Assembly: GCA_951406725.2 (NCBI GenBank)
Contig: OX597816.1
Span: 181,412,001 to 181,476,000 of the forward strand
Length of the DNA: 64,000 bases
DNA from: Octopus vulgaris
Taxonomy: Eukaryota
Direction of reading: 5' to 3'
Part shown: one piece after another, positions 22,881-35,545 of the stretch
Position numbering within the stretch: the first letter of the stretch is position 1
Layout: every line of letters starts with the position of its first letter
Translations under genes and position numbers: made by a program
Notes under the pieces: model-generated
Told to the model about the DNA's origin: nothing
The model's input: only the letters and a program-made list of their open reading frames with translations
Database searches by the model: none

Positions 22881-25800
22881 ACATCAACAGGGTATTTTTG
22901 TATGTATGTATGTATGTATGTTTGTATGTATTTCATTATTCAGCTTTATTTCAAGATTTTTTGCCAATAGAGAAAAAGCCGGTTTCTAACCTAGATCCAA
23001 GACTCCTTCAATGGAATTTAAACAACATCAACAGGGTATTTTTGTATGTATGTATGTATGTATGTTTGTATGTATTTCATTATTCAGCTTTATTTCAAGA
23101 TTTTTTGCCAATAGAGAAAAAGCCGGTTTCTAACCTAGATCCAAGACTCCTTCAATGGAATTTAAACAACATCAACAGGGTATTTTTGTATGTATGTATG
23201 TATGTATGTTTGTATGTATTTCATTATTCAGCTTTATTTCAAGATTTTTTGCCAATAGAGAAAGAGCCGGTTTCTAACCTAGATCCAAGACTCCTTCAAT
23301 GGAATTTAAACAACATCAACAGGGTATTTTTGTATGTATGTATGTCTGTATGTTTGTATGTATTTCATTATTCAGCTTTATTTCAAGATTTTTTGCCAAT
23401 AGAGAAAAAGCCGGTTTCTAACCTAGATCCAAGACTCCTTCAATGGAATTTAGACAACATCAACAGGGTATTTTTGTATGTATGTATGTATGTATGTTTG
23501 TATGTATTTCATTATTCAGCTTTATTTCAAGATTTTTTGCCAATAGAGAAAGAGCCGGTTTCTAACCTAGATCCAAGACTCCTTCAATGGAATTTAAACA
23601 ACATCAACAGGGTATTTTTGTATGTATGTATGTATGTATGTTTGTATGTATTTCATTATTCAGCTTTATTTCAAGATTTTTTGCCAATAGAGAAAAAGCC
23701 GGTTTCTAACCTAGATCCAAGACTCCTTCAATGGAATTTAAACAACATCAACAGGGTATTTTTGTATGTATGTATGTATGTATGTTTGTATGTATTTCAT
23801 TATTCAGCTTTATTTCAAGATTTTTTGCCAATAGAGAAAAGCCGGTTTCTAACCTAGATCCAAGACTCCTTCAATGGAATTTAAACAACATCAACAGGGT
23901 ATTTTTGTATGTATGTATGTATGTATGTTTGTATGTATTTCATTATTCAGCTTTATTTCAAGATTTTTTGCCAATAGAGAAAAAGCCGGTTTCTAACCTA
24001 GATCCAAGACTCCTTCAATGGAATTTAAACAACATCAACAGGGTATTTTTGTATGTATGTATGTATGTATGTTTGTATGTATTTCATTATTCAGCTTTAT
24101 TTCAAGATTTTTTGCCAATAGAGAAAGAGCCGGTTTCTAACCTAGATCCAAGACTCCTTCAATGGAATTTAAACAACATCAACAGGGTATTTTTGTATGT
24201 ATGTATGTATGTATGTTTGTATGTATTTCATTATTCAGCTTTATTTCAAGATTTTTTGCCAATAGAGAAAAAGCCGGTTTCTAACCTAGATCCAAGACTC
24301 CTTCAATGGAATTTAAACAACATCAACAGGGTATTTTTGTATGTATGTATGTATGTATGTTTGTATGTATTTCATTATTCAGCTTTATTTCAAGATTTTT
24401 TGCCAATAGAGAAAAAGCCGGTTTCTAACCTAGATCCAAGACTCCTTCAATGGAATTTAAACAACATCAACAGGGTATTTTTGTATGTATGTATGTATGT
24501 ATGTTTGTATGTATTTCATTATTCAGCTTTATTTCAAGATTTTTTGCCAATAGAGAAAAAGCCGGTTTCTAACCTAGATCCAAGACTCCTTCAATGGAAT
24601 TTAAACAACATCAACAGGGTATTTTTGTATGTATGTATGTATGTATGTTTGTATGTATTTCATTATTCAGCTTTATTTCAAGATTTTTTGCCAATAGAGA
24701 AAAAGCCGGTTTCTAACCTAGATCCAAGACTCCTTCAATGGAATTTAAACAACATCAACAGGGTATTTTTGTATGTATGTATGTATGTATGTTTGTATGT
24801 ATTTCATTATTCAGCTTTATTTCAAGATTTTTTGCCAATAGAGAAAAAGCCGGTTTCTAACCTAGATCCAAGACTCCTTCAATGGAATTTAAACAACATC
24901 AACAGGGTATTTTTGTATGTATGTATGTATGTATGTTTGTATGTATTTCATTATTCAGCTTTATTTCAAGATTTTTTGCCAATAGAGAAAAAGCCGGTTT
25001 CTAACCTAGATCCAAGACTCCTTCAATGGAATTTAAACAACATCAACAGGGTATTTTTGTATGTATGTATGTATGTATGTTTGTATGTATTTCATTATTC
25101 AGCTTTATTTCAAGATTTTTTGCCAATAGAGAAAAAGCCGGTTTCTAACCTAGATCCAAGACTCCTTCAATGGAATTTAAACAACATCAACAGGGTATTT
25201 TTGTATGTATGTATGTATGTATGTTTGTATGTATTTCATTATTCAGCTTTATTTCAAGATTTTTTGCCAATAGAGAAAGAGCCGGTTTCTAACCTAGATC
25301 CAAGACTCCTTCAATGGAATTTAAACAACATCAACAGGGTATTTTTGTATGTATGTATGTATGTATGTTTGTATGTATTTCATTATTCAGCTTTATTTCA
25401 AGATTTTTTGCCAATAGAGAAAGAGCCGGTTTCTAACCTAGATCCAAGACTCCTTCAATGGAATTTAAACAACATCAACAGGGTATTTTTGTATGTATGT
25501 ATGTATGTATGTTTGTATGTATTTCATTATTCAGCTTTATTTCAAGATTTTTTGCCAATAGAGAAAAAGCCGGTTTCTAACCTAGATCCAAGACTCCTTC
25601 AATGGAATTTAAACAACATCAACAGGGTATTTTTGTATGTATGTATGTATGTATGTTTGTATGTATTTCATTATTCAGCTTTATTTCAAGATTTTTTGCC
25701 AATAGAGAAAAAGCCGGTTTCTAACCTAGATCCAAGACTCCTTCAATGGAATTTAAACAACATCAACAGGGTATTTTTGTATGTATGTATGTATGTATGT

Positions 25801-26630
25801 TTGTATGTATTTCATTATTCAGCTTTATTTCAAGATTTTTTGCCAATAGAGAAAAAGCCGGTTTCTAACCTAGATCCAAGACTCCTTCAATGGAATTTAA
25901 ACAACATCAACAGGGTATTTTTGTATGTATGTATGTATGTATGTTTGTATGTATTTCATTATTCAGCTTTATTTCAAGATTTTTTGCCAATAGAGAAAAA
26001 GCCGGTTTCTAACCTAGATCCAAGACTCCTTCAATGGAATTTAAACAACATCAACAGGGTATTTTTGTATGTATGTATGTATGTATGTTTGTATGTATTT
26101 CATTATTCAGCTTTATTTCAAGATTTTTTGCCAATAGAGAAAAAGCCGGTTTCTAACCTAGATCCAAGACTCCTTCAATGGAATTTAAACAACATCAACA
26201 GGGTATTTTTGTATGTATGTATGTATGTATGTTTGTATGTATTTCATTATTCAGCTTTATTTCAAGATTTTTTGCCAATAGAGAAAGAGCCGGTTTCTAA
26301 CCTAGATCCAAGACTCCTTCAATGGAATTTAAACAACATCAACAGGGTATTTTTGTATGTATGTATGTATGTATGTTTGTATGTATTTCATTATTCAGCT
26401 TTATTTCAAGATTTTTTGCCAATAGAGAAAGAGCCGGTTTCTAACTAGATCCAAGACTCCTTCAATGGAATTTAAACAACATCAACAGGGTATTTTTGTA
26501 TGTATGTATGTATGTATGTTTGTATGTATTTCATTATTCAGCTTTATTTCAAGATTTTTTGCATCAACAGATCCAAAGCTCCTTCAATGGAATTTAAACA
26601 ACATCAACAGGGTATTTTTGTATGTATGTA
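22881..26630. repeat. Homogeneous 144-bp tandem array, about 26 copies
   Basis: Unit ACATCAACAGGGTATTTTT(GTAT)n...GCCGGTTTCTAACCTAGATCCAAGACTCCTTCAATGGAATTTAAACA starts at 22881, 23025 and so on, with very few variants. Confidence 0.97.
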
Positions 26631-26840
26631 ATACGTACAGATTTGTATTTTTTGTTTTATGAATGTCTTCTCATAGACTTGCATCTCTATACATGCTCAT
26701 ATATATTTAAATGATAAACTTCTGGAAAGTCTTACAGATTTTTATAGTTCCAGTGTTAGATTGGATCTGTAGTCTTCAAATCAGCTTTCTCCTCTCTGGT
26801 TTTGGGAAGCCTAATTTCCCAAGATAGGTATTCGGGCAGT

Positions 26841-26906
<66 letters not shown>

Positions 26907-26994
26907 ATGTATGTATGAATATTAAAATGCAGCAATAAAAATATACTCACATGGGTGTATATATATGTATATTTGCTATCACCACCAAGAGCTG

Positions 26995-27335
26995 CAACCA
27001 TGATCGGTACCACTCGGGCTCGCGCCAGCATTCACATGTCTAGAAAGTTCCCCTCCGAGGTACAAGTCCAGGCAAAGTTGTTTGTAGAAGACGAACAGTC
27101 ACCCATGCATACAGTCACCCCTCTCCTCGCCCACTGATGTTATCCAAGGGGAAGGCAAAGGTGGATACAACTTGGCACCAATGACGTTGCAACTCATTTC
27201 TACAGCTGAGTGAACTGGGTTAACGTGAAATAAACTGTCTTGCTCAAGAACTCAACTCACAACTCGGTCCGGGAATCGAATTCACTATCTCACGAGTGTA
27301 AGCCTGACTCTATAACCACTGAGCCATCCGTCTTC
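26995..27335 (-). mobile_element. SINE family copy (related copies at 51215-51400 and 63320-63650)
   Basis: CTAGAAAGTTCCCCTCCGAGGTACAAGTCC...GGCAAAGG...GATACA.CTTGGCACCA is shared among the copies. The tRNA-like head is on the minus strand. Confidence 0.6.
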
Positions 27336-27339
27336 ACAC

Positions 27340-27497
27340 ACACGCGCTTCATTCGGTTTCCATCTATCAAATTCACTCACAAGGCTTTGCTCGGCCCGAG
27401 GCGATAGTAGAAGACACTTACTTAAGTGCCACGTAGTGGCACTGAACCCTGAAGCCGTGTGATTGGTAAACAAGCTTCTTGCCACAGAGTCACGCCT
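27340..27497 (-). mobile_element. tRNA/CORE-type SINE (same family as 45000 and 48523)
   Basis: Reverse complement of GGCGTG.CTGTGTGG.AAGAAGCTTG.TTACCAA...GCACTT..G.AAGTGTCTTCTACTAT...GCCTTGTGAGTG. Confidence 0.75.
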
Positions 27498-27580
27498 ATA
27501 TATATATATATATATATATATAGCTGGGGAACACACATATATATATATGTATATGTATGTGTGTGTGTGTGTGTGTGTAG

Positions 27581-27835
27581 AGGTGCGTGGCTTAATGGTT
27601 AGGGTGTCAGCACCATGATCATAAGATTGTGGTTTCGATTCCTGGACCGGACGACGTGTTGTGTTCTTGAGCAAAACACTTCAGTTCACGTTGCTCCAGT
27701 CCACTCAGCTGGCAAAAGTGAGTAACGTTGCGATGGACTGGCGTCCCGTCCAGCTGGGGAACACATACGCCATAGAAACCAGGAAACCGGGCCCATGAGC
27801 CTGGCTAGGCTTTAAAAAGGGCGTATTTATTTATT
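27581..27835 (+). mobile_element. tRNA-derived SINE (second copy at 60030-60270)
   Basis: A-box GTGGCTTAATGGTTAGG, B-box GGTTTCGATTCC, body GTTCTTGAGCAAAACACTTCA, and an (ATTT)n tail. Confidence 0.8.
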
Positions 27836-27944
27836 TATATATATATATGCACACACACGTACACATACATATATGTGGGGTGGGGAGAGTGTACGCTTAC
27901 CTATTACAAATGTATGTGTACACTACCATATGTATATGTATGTG

Positions 27945-28152
27945 TGGCTGGCAGCATCGTTAGCACGCCGAGGTGAAATGCTTAGCGGCATTTCGTCCGT
28001 CTTTACGTTCTGAGTTCAAATTTCGCTGGAGTCGACTTTGTCTTTCCTCCTTTTGGGGGTTGATAAAATTAGTACCAGCTGAGTACTAGGGTCCATTTGA
28101 TAGATTTACTCTTTCCCTAAAACTACTGGCCTTGTGTCAAAATTTGAAACCA
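27945..28152 (+). mobile_element. tRNA-derived SINE with a Meta-like central domain
   Basis: GGCAG.ATCGTTAGCACGCCG...GTTCAAATT..GC...GTCGACTTTG.CTTTC.TCCTTT.GGGG..GATAAAAT.AGTACCAG. Confidence 0.75.
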
Positions 28153-28255
28153 GTAAGTATATATTGTTTTTATACACCTACATTTCCTTATAGGTACCTA
28201 TGCATCATCGTTATGCGTTCATCTGGATGTACAGAGAACGCAACGCAGTTACAAG

Positions 28256-28781
28256 TATCGTAAATCCTCAAGTATAGTCCGCCCTTGAGTATAATACGCA
28301 AGGGATTTATAGGGGGATGTACCTCTGAAAAACCTAAACCTCGTGTATATAATACGCACCCCTTCTCTAACTTGAGTCGTGCGTAATTAAGCCAGCAGCA
28401 CCAAGTCGAACAAACACTTCTTCGCATGCATAATACAATAATGGTGATGTTCTTAACTGTTATATGGGAATGTAAATATGTTTGCAAATTGTTTTTGTTA
28501 CATGTTATTCTGTGTTCTGAATACTTTTATTTTAATAAATGTTGCTTACTGCAAGTTATGGAAGATTCTTTTATGACTTCATTGCTTTCAGGCTTAGCTG
28601 AAGGTATTTTCACGCCCGACATCACAAAATGCGTCTGAATAAACATTGCCGGACAGCAAATAGAGACTTGGACATTGCTTACAAAATATTTTTCATTTTT
28701 AACCCCGTATATAGTACGCACTAGGGATTTTGACCTTTAAATTTTGGAAAAAATGCGGATTATACTCGAGGATTTACGGTA
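28256..28781. mobile_element. pogo/Tigger-type MITE
   Basis: Terminal inverted repeats TA-TCGTAAATCCTCAAGTATAGTCCGC and GCGGATTATACTCGAGGATTTACGG-TA. Confidence 0.8.
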
Positions 28782-29476
28782 TGTATTTGCCAACACACGC
28801 ATAATGTAAATGCCAAGCTAAACTGAATTTTGAGGTATACTTGCCATCTCAATATGGCTAACCACTAAGGGTGGGTGTTACTGTAGCTTGTAGCCTCAGG
28901 AGAACATCGTCTCCAGCTGGCTATTGGCACACTTTCTGTGCCGTATGGGTATTTGCAAAGGGAGGTCATCCTTCTCTCGTCAACCTAAGTGATACGCACG
29001 GACTGCAGTTTCTGGGTCTTGGCCCGTCATCAGCATACGACAATCACCGGTTTTTGATGAAAGGAGTTCCCAATGCAAATATTAATATCTTTTTTCCAGT
29101 AACTTTTCGTCACTGATCTCGAAAAAGTGTCTGCAAGCAATAATAAATCTCTGAACGAGGTATAAACAGTAACTGCAGGACAACGTGAGGTATATTTGCC
29201 ATCTCAATATGGCTAACCACTAAGGGTGGGAGTTACTGTAGCTTTTGCTTGTATACACTTTTTCAAGGTCATTGTCGTGCAGTTACTGTTTATACCTCGT
29301 TCAGAGATTTATTAAACTGAGTTGTTTTACTTGAAAATCTCCCGACTGAAACAAGTGTATACTAGTTGGAGTCAGTAATTTACTAAAATATATCAATTAC
29401 TTTATGAAATTTCGTCGCGTTCTGTCTCTAGTCTGTGCTCTAATATCAACAAGTAATGCTAAAACTATGTTCGCTG

Positions 29477-29532
<56 letters not shown>

Positions 29533-29583
29533 GTGTGTGTTTGAACACACGCATTGTCAACAAAGGCTGCATTTTCATAAGCA

Positions 29584-29967
29584 TTCGTTCCTTTATTGCC
29601 CACAGGGGGGCTAAACATAGAGGGGACAAGCAAGGACAGACAAAGCGATTAAGTCGATTATATCGACCCCAGTGCGTAGGCAAAGTCGACCTCGGTGGAA
29701 TTTGAACTCAGAACATAACGGCAGCCGAAATACCTATTTCTTTACTACCCACAAGGGGCTAAACACAGAGAGGACAAACAAGGACAGACAAACGGAGTAA
29801 GTCGATTACATCGACCCCAGTGCGTAACTGGTACTTAATTTATCGACCCCGAAAGGATGAAAGGCAAAGTCGACCTCGGCGGAATTTGAACTCAGAACGA
29901 AACGGCAGAGGAAATACGGCTACGCATTTCGCCCGGCGTGCTAACGTTTCTGCCAACTCGCCGCCTT
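29584..29967 (-). mobile_element. Dimeric tRNA-derived SINE with a Tx1-like 3' tail and a 16-bp target-site duplication
   Basis: TSD TGCATTTTCATAAGCA at 29568-29583 and 29968-29983. The two units each end GCCCC.TGTGGGYARTAAAG. Confidence 0.9.
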
Positions 29968-30120
29968 TGCATTTTCATAAGCACGTTGACTGAAGACTGT
30001 CACCGTTATATATCGGGTTATGAAACCATTGGTAGCAACTTCATAATATGTGCGTTTGTACGAGCGTGTGTATGTGTGTGTATATATGTATGTGCATGTA
30101 TATGTGTGTAAATGTATATA

Positions 30121-30177
<57 letters not shown>

Positions 30178-30699
30178 ACGTATTTGCATGTTTATGTGTG
30201 TGTACGTTTGAATACACTGTTTAATACATTCCTACTGGAATGATAAGTATTTTATTAGATACATTTTTATTAGTAGAATTAAAAGCTTTATCGTTTTATT
30301 GTCTGTGTAGCGTTTTATTTCCTAGATTCACTGGTTCAGCAAAGATATTTAATTGACGTACGCTGCGAATACAAAAGAATACAAAAACCTTAATGGTTAT
30401 TTTTATGTATTTATCAGACAGATAATGCTGTACAGCAGTGAAACATCGCAATATATCTTACAGAGGAAATTACTATGTATTTTAAATCTGAAAAACGGCG
30501 AGGTGCGTAGACCAGAGACCAGCGAGTCTTCAAGTTGAGCCTTTACTTTTGTGCATTGAGAGGCCACAGCTGTGGTACTACGGATACATAATTTTTTAAA
30601 TACTTTTTTCAGTTATTAGACAGCGGCCATGCTGGGGCACCGCCTTGAGGAATTTTAGTCGAATGAATTGAGCTCAGCACTACTCCTGTTTTTATACAA

Positions 30700-31090
30700 A
30701 CATCATCACTAGGAATATTGGTGGAACATTCTATCGAAACATCTGTCAAGTGTAAACATAACAGGTCAGATACTGTTGTTTGAGACGGACAAGACCGTCC
30801 GAGAGATCAGCTGACCTGCTGATGTGAATAGAGGCTTTGAAAATCAAAATGAAAGAGGATAATTATGGACAACTGGTTGGAAACCTCTAGCCTCTATATC
30901 CATATTATAACAGTCACATCTGAACCAATAATAATTGGTGCTCTTGGTTTTGGGAGTAAATACCGAAGGGAGATCTGAATAAGCTAGGGTTTTCAGAAAA
31001 AGAAATCAACCAGTTAACTCGCACATTACAAAGAGAATCTTTAATTGGAATAGTAAAAATATGTAAGGCTTTTCTCAAGTTTAAGACGTG
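30700..31090 (+). pseudogene. Degenerate REL-endonuclease C-terminus of an R4/Dong-like non-LTR element
   Basis: Broken translation EYWWN..IETSVKCKHNRSDTVV..IS*PADVN..KEDNYGQL..PIIIGALG parallels the 52367 ORF. Confidence 0.6.
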
Positions 31091-31192
31091 ACACTGTTTT
31101 TGTTATTCAATGATGGAGCTTTGAATTTTTTGTTAGAAACCAACTCCTTCCTAAGAGGAAGAATTCAAATAATTAAAAACAGAAGAGAACAC

Positions 31193-31264
<72 letters not shown>

Positions 31265-31469
31265 ACATGCTATTGGTTTCTTTCTTCCATCCCTCACCCC
31301 TCTCTCTTTCACCTAATATTTCCATTAGCCGGATAATATTCTGCTGGCATTCTCTTCGTATTTAGTTGTTTCTCATTCCTTTCAGCCCCTTCTTTTCCTT
31401 GCCCCACGTCCTTCGCTTTTCGTGGTGCGAAAAAGATTCTGGAGTCTGCGTCAGGATCCCCCAAAACAA

Positions 31470-31700
31470 CAGCCAAAGATGAATATCCATGCCAAAAGCT
31501 ATGCTCTGTGTTTGGTGGGATCATAAAAGCATTATTTATTATGAGCTTCTCCCACAAAACCAGACTATTCATTCTGATGTGTACTGTCATCAGCTGGCTA
31601 ATTTGAGCCAAAAAATCAAAGAATTGAGGCCGGAGATAGCCAACAGGAAACGGGTGGTGTTCCAACAAGACAATGCCCAACCACATGTGAAAAAAAAAGA
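31470..31700 (+). pseudogene. Mariner transposase fragment
   Basis: KAMLCVWWDHKSIIYYELL...VVFQQDNAQPH. Confidence 0.85.
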
Positions 31701-32249
31701 AGATCAGTTTCTCCCTAATTATTCCTCCCGTGTCCTATGACATGGCAGATATGTTGGTATATGGAGTCGAAATATAAAGGTACACTTTTTTTTGCTTCTT
31801 TGCATTTTCTTTCTAGATAGGACCTATTGTACTCCACTTCAGGCTTTCAAAGTTCCATCTTTGAACTTTTCTTCTTAAACATCTCAAATGTAAGATCACT
31901 TCCCTGAAGACGGACGCTCGTCTCATCCTATGATTTTTACGGATCACAGAGCCCCCAGAAACAGCTGTTGGATTTGTAATACTTTTCCTCCAACCCTTTC
32001 GGTTTAAATATCATTTGCACTCTGTGTATTTCGCGTATTTAATATGTTGACAGAGGGGAAACTGTGTGGAAGCCTAACATACACACACACACACTCACGC
32101 ACACACACACCCATCCACACACTGGGTCATCCCATAAATAATGCAGTTTTTCGATTACAAGAACTAAAAGTCGGAGGGGGACGAGATAAACTACCTGCAT
32201 CAACTTGCTATAAAAGCAGGTAGTAATTTTACCTTGTCTTATTCTTATT

Positions 32250-32392
32250 TCTTTAATGCCCACAAGGGGCTAAACATAGAGGGGAAAAGATGAAAGGCAA
32301 AGTCGACCTCGGCGGAATTTGAACTCAGAACGTAACGGCAGATGAAATACCGCTCAGCATTTCACCCAGGGTGCTAACGTTTCTGCCAGCCT
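32250..32392 (-). mobile_element. Internally deleted copy of the Tx1-tailed SINE
   Basis: GCCCACAAGGGGCTAAACATAGAGGGG joined to ATGAAAGGCAAAGTCGACC. Flanked by the imperfect repeat CCTTG(T/C)CTTATTCTTA. Confidence 0.75.
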
Positions 32393-32469
32393 TATAATGC
32401 CTTGCCTTATTCTTAGTGAAAGTTTTCAAGAGTGCATTTCGATTTCAACAGTTATTTTTTCAAAGCTAT

Positions 32470-33382
32470 AATGGAAGTGACAAAGGAGCACATTCGGCAT
32501 ATTTTGCTTTATGAGTTCAATAACGGCAACAACGCAATGGAAAGTGTGAGGAATATTAATGCAGTCTTTGGGGATCGGACGATAAGCATAAATTAGTGTC
32601 AATGGGGGTTCCAGAAATTTCGAGCTAGAAACTACAGCCAAGAAGGCAAGCCTCGTCCTGGAAGATATTTGTAGAGCAAACCCTGGTGGAACTGCCGAGG
32701 AACTAGCAGAGAAGCTTGGATTTGGTCAATCAACCATTTATCGACACCTGCGTGCCATCAGTAAAGTTAGCAAATTGGGTCAATGGGTTCCTCACAAACT
32801 TTCCGAGTCTAATCCCATGCACAGAGTGAATGTGTGCTCTTCTTTGCTGTCACATCTCATGAATGAACCGTTTTTGGACCAAATAGTGACTGGTGATGAG
32901 AAATGGGTTCTCTACAAAAGTGTCAAGTCCGAAGACAGTGGGTAGGGAAAAGAGAAACACTGGTACCCCAGGCTAAAGAAAGTCTTCACCCATGTAAGGT
33001 GTTGTTATCTGTTTGGTGGGATATGAAAGGCTTAGTCCCCTTTGAAGCTTTAAACTGAAACCAAATGATAACAAAGGAGATCTGCTGGGAGCAGCTTGGG
33101 TGGCTTAAGGTAGCAGTAGAAAAAAAATGACCACTTTTGGTTTCAAGAGGAAAGGTGTTCTTCCATCAGGATAATGCTTGGCCCTGTCTGATTATCATTT
33201 ATTCTGCAGCCTTCAAAATCATTTGGACAGAAAAAATATGAATTCTGTAGACGAGGTCAGAACAGTACCGGAGGAGTATTTTCCATCACGGACAAGTGAA
33301 TTTTAGAAGAGGGGCCTTGCAAGTCTACCAGATAAATGGGAGAGCATTGTAGAAAGTGAAGGAGGGTATATTTTAGATTAAA
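32470..33382 (+). pseudogene. Degenerate mariner transposase
   Basis: MEVTKEHIRHILLYEFNNG..., WVPHKL, VTGDEKWVLY, LSVWWDMKG and FHQDNA, with many stops and frameshifts. Confidence 0.85.
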
Positions 33383-34313
33383 AAAGAACTTTATATATGT
33401 ATATATATATATATATGTATATATATGTGTGTGTGTGTGTACATATGGGGGATATAGTGGATGGGAGGAACAATGTTTGGTATTATATAGTAAGATGTTT
33501 TCTCCAAGGAACATGATCTGTTTCTCCCTAATTATTCCTCTCATGTCCTATTATCGTCAGATAATAGGACAGATAATAGACAGATAATGTCGGTATATGC
33601 ATTCTCTTTATGGATAGGACCTATTATGCTCCATTTCAGGTTTGCAGATGTTTTACTATTTTCCAAAAATTCTTGGAAAAGTAACTAGTATGGCTCGGGT
33701 AGAGCTTCCTGTACGTAGTTTTAGAGAATGGTCGGTCGACCAATAGAGCCTACTACTGAATACATACTCATTTTATCTGTAGTTACTATAACGGTTCCTT
33801 CTGTCTATGAAATTGATGTGCTTCCATCTGTGGTCATCTTGACATTTTGCATAATTTATCTTTTAACTTTTATTTGCTTCAGTGAACTGCAGCCATGCCG
33901 GAGCACCACCTCAAAAGATTTTAGTCGAACAAGTCGACTCCATTATTCTTGCTTCTTGTTTTAGTCTGGTACTTATACCATTGGTACTCTTTTTGCCGAA
34001 CCGCTAAGTCAGGGGGACATTTACAAACCAACATTGATTGTCAAACGGTGGAGAGGGGGATGACAAGCACAAAGACATACAAAGATAGACACACACACAT
34101 ATGTATACACACGACGGGCTTCCGCACAATTTCTGTCTACCAAATTCACTCATAGGGAATTAGACGGTCCGGACCTATAATAAAAGACACTTGCCCAAGA
34201 TACTGCGCAGTGGAACTGAACCCGAAGCCACCCAGGCTGCAAAGTGAGCTTCTTAATCACATAGCCATTTCTCGCCTATATCTAAGATTACAATATATAT
34301 ATATATATATATA

Positions 34314-34518
34314 GTGCATATGATATTTTTGTTGTCTTCTAGTCAAGTAGGCAGTGCCTATGAGACATACGGGGTTTCCGAGGCTAGTGGGAGAGAGGAG
34401 GAAGGTAGCTCCAAACCGGAGACCTGGCTTGAAAGCTTACTGTAGAGTAAACTCTGCAAAAAGGTTTGCTAAAGACACTCAATTACTCGGTGTTTCTGTT
34501 AAACAACTCAAATAAAAC
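34314..34518 (+). repeat. 205-bp element with a near-identical copy at 35927-36131
   Basis: GTGCATATGATATTTTTGTTGTC...CAACTCAAATAAAAC occurs twice, with one visible mismatch. Confidence 0.9.
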
Positions 34519-35545
34519 ATGGCGGAAAAAACCGCCGACTTTTCGTCGCAAGTGTTGTTATCAGAACGCAAAGAGTCGGAACAAACACCGCAAGGCATTT
34601 TTTCGGACATTTTTAAAGTCCACCAATCCATCACCTTAGATACCTTTTTATCGATCCACCGAAAGGATGAAAGGCAAAGGTGGCCTTAGCATGATTTGAA
34701 TTCGGAGCACAGGGACTCGGAAAACCACCACACAGCATTTCAACCGATGTCCCAACAACCACCCAGCCATTTCACCGCCGTTAAGGCAGTAGTGTGCGAC
34801 TTGAGAAAGATTTGGTTTCTATTTCTAGCAGGGTCAAGCGATCATGTAGAAGTTCTTTCTGCTTGGCTGGAGTGGGGGTGGTACGTATATCGTTCTGAGA
34901 AAATGTGAATTAGAGACTCACTAGAATATAAAACACGAAAGGTCAAAGAAGTTGATATATGATCAGTTGATATATGAATAATCACATTTGCTTTGGCAAA
35001 AAGCAGCATTATCTAACATCCGTCTCGTTGCAAATAAAGGAAAAACACAACTAAAACAAAAGCACAATGAAAACAAACAATGAGAAATTAACATACTTTG
35101 ATAAATATAAGCGAACACAGTAGCGTAGACGCATTGTTAAACGTATGCAGAAAAGAATCGAGACGAATCGAAGAATGTGCTTCTATACTAAGGGAGGGTG
35201 AAGAACGCTGGTTTAAAGTTTTTAGATAGAAAACAGTAACGTAAGAGATGTTACATGCCTATGAGTCACTAAAAATACAAATTCGATATTTTCTCTCAGC
35301 ACAAACGCATTTCGGCACGTCCCTGTGCATTTTATTCTCACCCCTCTTGTATAATGTCGACTAAAACAAACGGCTGTGAAATTTCTCTCAAATTACACTC
35401 TGTAGATTAGATTATGTAGTTCGAGATAATCAAGCTTGAATATGAGACGGGATGGTCACGGATGGTATACCTCTTATCATAGGTTCACTCAATCAAGGCT
35501 TATCTAGGTGTAAACTAAGGGCAACAGCCGAGTAAGATTGGAATA

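Noticed and set aside
22960-23020. Hammerhead in the 144-bp unit (minus strand TTGAAGGA...GAAACC)
   Set aside because: There is no CTGANGA box and the stems are not convincing.
22769-26448. 362-aa and 905-aa ORFs
   Set aside because: These are artefacts of a stop-free frame in a 144-bp (48-codon) tandem repeat that includes a GTAT microsatellite. There is no protein-like signal.
22881-26630. CRISPR-like array
   Set aside because: The units are identical end to end with no unique spacers, there are no cas genes, and the context is eukaryotic.
27581-27660. Functional tRNA gene
   Set aside because: The A and B boxes continue into a SINE body and tail, there are multiple diverged copies, and no clean cloverleaf forms.
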